A program made the translations under genes and the position numbers. The notes under the pieces were generated by a model. That model did no database searches, had not been told where the DNA came from, and was given only the letters and a program-made list of their open reading frames with translations. 64,000 nucleotides of DNA from Burkholderiales bacterium (GTDB taxonomy: Bacteria > Pseudomonadota > Gammaproteobacteria > Burkholderiales > SG8-39): positions 176-64,175 of the forward strand of contig DASPWT010000112.1 in NCBI GenBank assembly GCA_035637655.1. Direction: 5' to 3'. Below, piece after piece: positions 58,619 through 64,000 of this stretch (the stretch's first letter is position 1; each line of letters starts with the position of its first letter).

Positions 58619-59356
58619 GTGATCAAGGTGGAGAATCTCAGCAAGTCCTTCGGGTCGAAACGCGCAGTCGACGGCGTCTCCTTCGAGGTCGGCAAGGGCG
58701 AGGTGCTGGGATTCCTCGGACCCAACGGCGCGGGCAAGTCGACCACGATGCGCATGATCACCGGCTTCATTCCCCCGAGCGCGGGCGCGGTCTCGGTGTG
58801 CGGGCTCGACGTGCAGGAAAATCCGATCGAGGTGAAGCGCAGTATCGGCTATCTTCCGGAGGCAGCGCCTTCCTATACCGAAATGTCCGTGCTGTCGTTC
58901 CTCAAGTTCGCCGCCGAGATGCGCGGCCTGCGGGGCGAGGGACGGCGCAGCGCGATACGCCGCGTCGTCGAGCTGTGCCATCTGGAGAACGTGCTCGGGC
59001 AGACGATCGACACGCTTTCGAAGGGCTTCCGCCACCGCACCTGCCTGGCGCAGGCGCTGATCCACGATCCCGAGGTGCTGATCCTGGATGAGCCCACCGA
59101 CGGGCTCGATCCAAACCAGAAGCACGAGGTGCGCACGCTGATACGCAAGATGGGCGAGAACAAGGCGATCATCTTCTCGACGCACATCCTCGAGGAGGTC
59201 GAGGCGGCCTGCACCCGGGCGATCATCATCGACCGCGGCCGCATCGTCGCCAACGGCACTCCCCAGGAGCTCAAGGCGCGCGCCGCCACGGGAAAGCTGG
59301 AAGATTTCTTCCGTTCGATCACGCGCTCGGACACTGCTGCAGAGGCGGCAGCATGA
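58619..59356 (+). CDS. ABC transporter ATP-binding protein (GldA/ABC-2 type)
   Basis: GTG at 58619. Walker A is GPNGAGKST, the signature is LSKGFRHR and Walker B is LILDEPT. Confidence 0.85.
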   Translation: MIKVENLSKSFGSKRAVDGVSFEVGKGEVLGFLGPNGAGKSTTMRMITGFIPPSAGAVSVCGLDVQENPIEVKRSIGYLPEAAPSYTEMSVLSFLKFAAEMRGLRGEGRRSAIRRVVELCHLENVLGQTIDTLSKGFRHRTCLAQALIHDPEVLILDEPTDGLDPNQKHEVRTLIRKMGENKAIIFSTHILEEVEAACTRAIIIDRGRIVANGTPQELKARAATGKLEDFFRSITRSDTAAEAAA

Positions 59357-60099
59357 GTAGTCACTGGGCGGCAATCTGGACCATCGCAAAGCGCGAGCTT
59401 TCGGCGTACTTCGAGTCCCCGGTCGCCTACGTGTTCCTGGTGATCTTTCTTCTGCTTTCCGGATTCTTCACGTTTACCTTCGGCGGCTTTTTCGAGCGGG
59501 GCGAGGCCTCTCTCGCGGCGTTCTTCAACTGGCTGCCGTGGCTGTTCCTGTTTCTGGTGCCCGCCGCGGGGATGCGCCTGTGGTCCGAGGAGCGGCGGCT
59601 CGGGACGATCGAGCTTCTGCTGACGATGCCGGTGGCCGCCTGGCAGGCGATCATCGGCAAGTTTCTCGCCTCGTGGCTGTTTCTCATCGCCGCGCTGGCG
59701 CTCTCCTTCCCGATGGTCGTGACGGTCAACTGGCTGGGCGATCCTGATAACGGAGTGATCGCGAGCGGCTATGTCGGAGCGGCGCTGCTCGCCGGAGCCT
59801 ACCTCGCGATCAGCTGCATGACCTCGGCCCTTACACGCAACCAGGTCATCGCCTTCATCCTCGCAGTGCTCCTGTGCCTGCTTCTTATCCTGGTCGGGTT
59901 TCCGCCTCTGACCGATCTGCTCGCGCGCTGGGCGAGCCCCTGGCTGGTGGAAGGGGTCGCGAAATTTTCCGTCCTCACCCATTACGACGGCTTCCAGAAG
60001 GGGGTGCTCGATTCGCGCGACCTGCTCTATTTTCTCTCGGTGACGGCCTACGCGCTGTTCGCGACCGGCGTCGTCATCCGCAACCACCGGACCGGCTGA
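59353..60099 (+). CDS. ABC-2 type transporter permease (GldF-like)
   Basis: ATGA coupling and about six TM helices. Confidence 0.75.
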   Translation: MSSHWAAIWTIAKRELSAYFESPVAYVFLVIFLLLSGFFTFTFGGFFERGEASLAAFFNWLPWLFLFLVPAAGMRLWSEERRLGTIELLLTMPVAAWQAIIGKFLASWLFLIAALALSFPMVVTVNWLGDPDNGVIASGYVGAALLAGAYLAISCMTSALTRNQVIAFILAVLLCLLLILVGFPPLTDLLARWASPWLVEGVAKFSVLTHYDGFQKGVLDSRDLLYFLSVTAYALFATGVVIRNHRTG

Positions 60100-60107
60100 A
60101 GCCGACC

Positions 60108-61997
60108 ATGCACAGGAAGACCGAAACTCTGCTGTATTCGGCCGGCGGCCTCGTCGCCGCCCTGATCATCCTCGTCCTGCTCAACCTGGTACTGGGCGCG
60201 GCGAGGGGGCGCATCGATCTGACCCAGGGCAAGCTCTACACGCTCTCCGAGGGCACGCGCGCGGTTCTCGGCAAACTCGAGTCTCCGGTCAAGATCCGCC
60301 TGTACTTCAGCCAGAGCGAGATCCCTCTGCCCATCAAGGCGTACGGGCGAAGGGTCGAGGACCTGCTCGCGGAGTTCAGGCAGGCCGGCCGCGGCAAGGT
60401 CACGGTCGAGAAGCTCGATCCCCAGCCGGACTCCGATGCCGAGGACTCTGCAACCCTGGAAGGCGTCGAAGCCCAGGTCACGCCCTCGGGCGAGAAGTTC
60501 TACCTCGGCGCCTCGGTCAGCTACACGGACCAGAAGCTGGCCCTGCCGGCGCTTGCGCCCGATCGCGAGCCGCTGCTCGAATACGATCTGGTGCGCGCAA
60601 TCGCGCGCGCCGTCGCACAAGCGAAGCCGGTGATCGGGGTGATGAGCGCGCTGCCGGTATTCGGCATGCCGCCGAGCCAGTTTACCGGAGGCCAGCCGCT
60701 GGAGCCGCAGGTGTTCATCGGCGAGCTCCGGCGCGACTACACCGTGAAGCGCGTCGGCCTGGATCCTGAAGAAATCGACGACGATATTAAGGTGCTGCTG
60801 GTGATCCATCCGCGCGGCATCGGCGAGCGGGCGCAGTACGCGCTCGACCAGTTCGTGCTGCGCGGCGGGAAGCTCATCGCTTTGCTCGATCCGAATGCCT
60901 ATTTCGACCAGATGGGCCAAATGGGAGGCATGGGCGGAGGGGGCACGCCGTCCTCGCTCGACAGGCTGCTCAAGGCCTGGGGCCTGGGCTTCGACCCGGG
61001 GAAGGTCGTGCTCGACATGCGTTACCTCACGGGTGCGGGAGTGCGCACCCTGCCGACGCTGCTCTCGCTCAACGATAATGCTTTCGCTGCGGACGACATC
61101 ACCACGGCACGGCTCGGGTCGCTGCTCATGCCCTTTGCAGGAGCGCTCACCGGCAAGCCCGTCGAAGGTCTGAGCGAAACGGTCCTGATCAGGAGTTCCG
61201 CGTATTCCCAGCTCGTCGATTCGTTCGCGGCCACGACGCAAGGCGAGGTGGCTATCCGGGGGTTCAAGCCTTCGGGCACCGAATATCCGCTTGCCGTTCG
61301 CCTCACGGGAAAGTTCAAGACCGCGTTCCCCGAAGGCCGGCCTACGCCTGAGGGCAAGGGCGACAAAAACGTGCCAAAAGCGCCTGAAAAGAAGGCGGCG
61401 AAGGCGTCCGACGCGAGCGCCGCGCAGCTCAAGGAATCGGCGGCCGACAATGCCGTCGTGCTCGTCGGGGACAGCGATTTCATCAACGACGGCGCGGCGG
61501 TGCAGATCCAGGAGATTTTCGGGCAGCGGATCGTGATCCCGCGCAACGGCAACCTCGCTTTTGCCCAGGCGCTGGTGGACCAGTTCGCAGGCGACCCCGC
61601 GCTCATCAAGCTGCGCAGCCGCGCGAGCGCCGCGCGCCCGTTCACCGTGATCCGCGACATGGAGGCGAGGGCGCAGCAGGCTTATCTCGGCAAGATCAAG
61701 GAGCTGGAGGACAACCTCGGTCAGACCCAGGAAAAGCTGAACGCGCTGCAAAAGGGCAGGGGGCAGGGCGCGGGGGCGATTCTCTCGGCCGAGCAGCAGA
61801 CCGAGCTCGAGAACTTCCGCAGGAAAGCCGCGGAGACGCGCCTGGCGCTGAAAGAGGTCCGCCGCGAGCTGCGCGCCGACAGCGAAGCGCTCCAGTTCTG
61901 GACCAAGGTGGCGAACATCGCGCTGATGCCCCTGCTCGTGGCGCTCGCCGGCATCGTGCTCGCGATCCTGCGCCGCCGCAGGACGCCCGCCCTGTGA
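60108..61997 (+). CDS. GldG-like ABC-transporter auxiliary protein
   Basis: ATG at 60108 with N- and C-terminal TM anchors. Contains RIDLTQGKLYTLSEGT and VKIRLYFS, typical of GldG-family proteins. Confidence 0.7.
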   Translation: MHRKTETLLYSAGGLVAALIILVLLNLVLGAARGRIDLTQGKLYTLSEGTRAVLGKLESPVKIRLYFSQSEIPLPIKAYGRRVEDLLAEFRQAGRGKVTVEKLDPQPDSDAEDSATLEGVEAQVTPSGEKFYLGASVSYTDQKLALPALAPDREPLLEYDLVRAIARAVAQAKPVIGVMSALPVFGMPPSQFTGGQPLEPQVFIGELRRDYTVKRVGLDPEEIDDDIKVLLVIHPRGIGERAQYALDQFVLRGGKLIALLDPNAYFDQMGQMGGMGGGGTPSSLDRLLKAWGLGFDPGKVVLDMRYLTGAGVRTLPTLLSLNDNAFAADDITTARLGSLLMPFAGALTGKPVEGLSETVLIRSSAYSQLVDSFAATTQGEVAIRGFKPSGTEYPLAVRLTGKFKTAFPEGRPTPEGKGDKNVPKAPEKKAAKASDASAAQLKESAADNAVVLVGDSDFINDGAAVQIQEIFGQRIVIPRNGNLAFAQALVDQFAGDPALIKLRSRASAARPFTVIRDMEARAQQAYLGKIKELEDNLGQTQEKLNALQKGRGQGAGAILSAEQQTELENFRRKAAETRLALKEVRRELRADSEALQFWTKVANIALMPLLVALAGIVLAILRRRRTPAL

Positions 61998-63136
61998 ACC
62001 GCAGGCAATTCCTCATCGCGCTCGCGGTGCTCGCGGTCCTCGCCGCGGCGGGCGCCGCCGTCATCCTGTCCGACCGCTCGGCCTGGACGGCGGCGGATTC
62101 GCGCGCCGGGCAGAAGGCGATTCCCGGCCTGCGCTTGAGCGAGGTCGCCGAGATTGCGATCCGGGACTCGCCGGGCGAGCTGCACCTTGTTCGCGGCGAG
62201 ACCGGCTGGAGCGTGCGCGAGCGTGCCGGATTCGCGGCCGACACGGATCGCGTTGCCGCGCTTTTGGTCAAGCTCGCCGAATTGAAGGTCGTGCAGAGCG
62301 AGCCCCTGCCCGAGAGCCAGCGCGCCCGCCTCGAGCTCCTCGAACCGAAGGACAAGGCGGCGGGCGCGGGGACGCTGATCGAGCTGAAGGACGCCAAGGG
62401 CGGCTCGCTCGGGCGGCTGCTTCTCGGAAAGAAAATCGTGAAGAACCCGCCGGTCGCTGCGCTTTCGCGCGGCGAGACCGAGGCGACGGGCCGTTACCTG
62501 ACTGAAAGCGGCGATGCCGGCACGCTGCTCGCCGTCGGGGAGCCGCTGACGGAAGTCGAATCCAAGCCCGAACAGTGGCTCGTCAAGGATCTCTTCCGGG
62601 CCGATGGCGTGAAGTCGATTTCGTCTTCGAAGGACGGAAGGCCGCGCTGGAGCGTGACGCGCGGGACCGAGTCCGCCGACTGGAAGTTCGCCGGCTCGAA
62701 GGAAAAGCCCGATCTGCAGAAGGCGACCGACCTTGCGAGCTCGCTCGGCTGGGTGAACCTCGTCGATGTGGTCGCCGATCCTGGCAAGGCCGACACCGGG
62801 CTCGATCACGCGATCGTCATCAAGGCCGATACGTTCGACGGCTTGAGCTATACGCTGAAAGTCGGCAAGCGGGTCGGAGACAATTACTACGTCGGCATCG
62901 CGGTTGGAGGCGAGCCGCGTAAAGCGCGAACTCGGGCCAAAGGCGAAAAAGCCGAGGACAAGGCGAAAAAGGATACGGAATTCGACGAATACCGCAAGAA
63001 GCTCCTCGAGAAATTCGAGCGGGAGAAAAAATTCGAGCGCTGGACTTATCTCGTCGCAAAGAACGGGCTGGATCCGCTCTTACGCGACCGGCCGGGGCTC
63101 ATGCCGGAGAAGAAGAAACCGGCGAAGAAAGGCTAA
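61994..63136 (+). CDS. DUF4340-domain protein
   Basis: GTGA coupling to the GldG-like gene, an N-terminal anchor and a Lys-rich C-terminal tail. Confidence 0.6.
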   Translation: MNRRQFLIALAVLAVLAAAGAAVILSDRSAWTAADSRAGQKAIPGLRLSEVAEIAIRDSPGELHLVRGETGWSVRERAGFAADTDRVAALLVKLAELKVVQSEPLPESQRARLELLEPKDKAAGAGTLIELKDAKGGSLGRLLLGKKIVKNPPVAALSRGETEATGRYLTESGDAGTLLAVGEPLTEVESKPEQWLVKDLFRADGVKSISSSKDGRPRWSVTRGTESADWKFAGSKEKPDLQKATDLASSLGWVNLVDVVADPGKADTGLDHAIVIKADTFDGLSYTLKVGKRVGDNYYVGIAVGGEPRKARTRAKGEKAEDKAKKDTEFDEYRKKLLEKFEREKKFERWTYLVAKNGLDPLLRDRPGLMPEKKKPAKKG

Positions 63137-63146
63137 GGGAAACTCT

Positions 63147-63914
63147 ATGCAGCTCAAAGGCAGCACATTCATCGTCACCGGCGGCGCCTCGGGTCTCGGC
63201 GAAGGCACGGTCAAAATGCTCGCCGAAGCCGGTGCAAACGTCGTCATCGCCGACCTTCAGGCCGACAAGGGCGAGGCGCTCGCGAAGCAGCTAGGGGCAA
63301 AGGCGCGCTTTGTCAGATGCGACGTCACCTCGGAGACCGATGGGCAGGCCGCAGTGGACGGAGCGCTCAGGAATTTCGGCGCCCTGCAAGGCCTGGTGAA
63401 TTGCGCCGGCATCGCCATCGCCGAGCGCACGGTGAAGAAGGACGGGCCGCATTCGCTCGCCTCGTTCACGCGCGTCATCAGCATCAACCTCATCGGCACC
63501 TTCAACATGATCCGGCTCGCCGCGGTCGCGATGGCGAAGGGGCAGCCGAACGCCGTGGGCGAGCGCGGTGTGATCGTCAATACGGCTTCGGTGGCGGCCT
63601 ACGACGGGCAGATCGGACAGGCGGCCTACTCGGCGTCGAAAGGCGGCGTGGTCGGCATGACGCTCCCGATCGCGCGCGACCTTTCGCGCGACGGCATCCG
63701 CGTGTGCACCATCGCCCCGGGCATTTTCGAGACGCCGATGCTGCTCGGCATGCCGAAGGACGTGCAGGAGGCGCTCGCCAAGCAGGTGCCGTTTCCGCCG
63801 CGCCTGGGCAAGCCGGCGGATTACGCCCAACTCGTTCGGCACATCGTCGAGAACGAGATGCTGAACGGCGAGGTGATCCGGCTCGACGGAGCCATCCGCA
63901 TGGCACCGAAGTGA
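63147..63914 (+). CDS. Short-chain dehydrogenase, 3-hydroxyacyl-CoA dehydrogenase type-2-like
   Basis: ATG at 63147. Contains [13 protein letters not shown] and YSASKGGV (YxxxK). Confidence 0.8.
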   Translation: MQLKGSTFIVTGGASGLGEGTVKMLAEAGANVVIADLQADKGEALAKQLGAKARFVRCDVTSETDGQAAVDGALRNFGALQGLVNCAGIAIAERTVKKDGPHSLASFTRVISINLIGTFNMIRLAAVAMAKGQPNAVGERGVIVNTASVAAYDGQIGQAAYSASKGGVVGMTLPIARDLSRDGIRVCTIAPGIFETPMLLGMPKDVQEALAKQVPFPPRLGKPADYAQLVRHIVENEMLNGEVIRLDGAIRMAPK

Positions 63915-64000
63915 CGCGCCGGCCTGTTAGGCTCGACTGCTATTGCGGTAGAGGTAAGCCACGACCGTTCCGAGAATCAGAAGCAGCACCCCGTCGAACA

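Noticed and set aside
1-64000. CRISPR arrays, IS elements, transposases, integrases and phage genes.
   Set aside because: I found no regularly spaced short repeats, no terminal inverted repeats flanking an ORF and no recombinase-like proteins in any frame of the ORF track.
63927-64000. A possible 3' end of a minus-strand membrane-protein gene (...FDGVLLLILGTVVAYLYRNSSRA-stop).
   Set aside because: Only 24 codons are visible before the window edge. That is too little to support a call.

Overview
This is a GC-rich, densely coding proteobacterial chromosomal segment; by eye it is mid-60s % G+C, and the gene order looks beta- or gammaproteobacterial. All calls rest on motif recognition, reading frames, start/stop geometry and synteny read from the sequence. 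No database search was run.

Most of the window is housekeeping:
- bioF-bioD-bioA and uvrB
- rne with divergent rluC
- Rieske/sppA and maf
- rpmF-plsX-fabH-fabD-fabG-acpP-fabF
- rpoE-rseA-rseB-degP
- lepA-lepB-DUF4845-rnc-era-recO-pdxJ-acpS-nagZ
- a CDF transporter, efp, a family-5-like UDG coupled to uvrC, and pgsA followed by tRNA-Gly/Cys/Leu
- fdxA plus a giant oxidoreductase
- a GldA/F/G-like ABC cassette with DUF4340, and an SDR
- a tRNA-Asn, and two Bug/TctC binding proteins

The most unusual locus is at about 2.0-10.3 kb. It is a DSF-type cell-cell signalling cluster: an RpfG-like HD-GYP response regulator, an RpfC-like hybrid kinase and a convergent RpfF-like crotonase. A dedicated second acyl carrier protein and an elongating ketoacyl-ACP synthase are embedded between sensor and synthase. 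A Cache-HAMP-GGDEF cyclase is transcribed divergently from the rpfF-like gene. The canonical fab operon sits elsewhere in the same window.

Secondary observations:
- two ~50 % GC single-gene membrane-protein inserts, one beside a ParE toxin-antitoxin pair
- an apparent yceD remnant upstream of rpmF
- an EF-P with Arg at the modification-loop tip
- a Bug + M24 + degenerate-M24 operon
- sigma-E-type promoter matches upstream of rpoE and of the GldAFG-like ABC cassette

No CRISPR array, IS element, integrase or prophage genes were seen.
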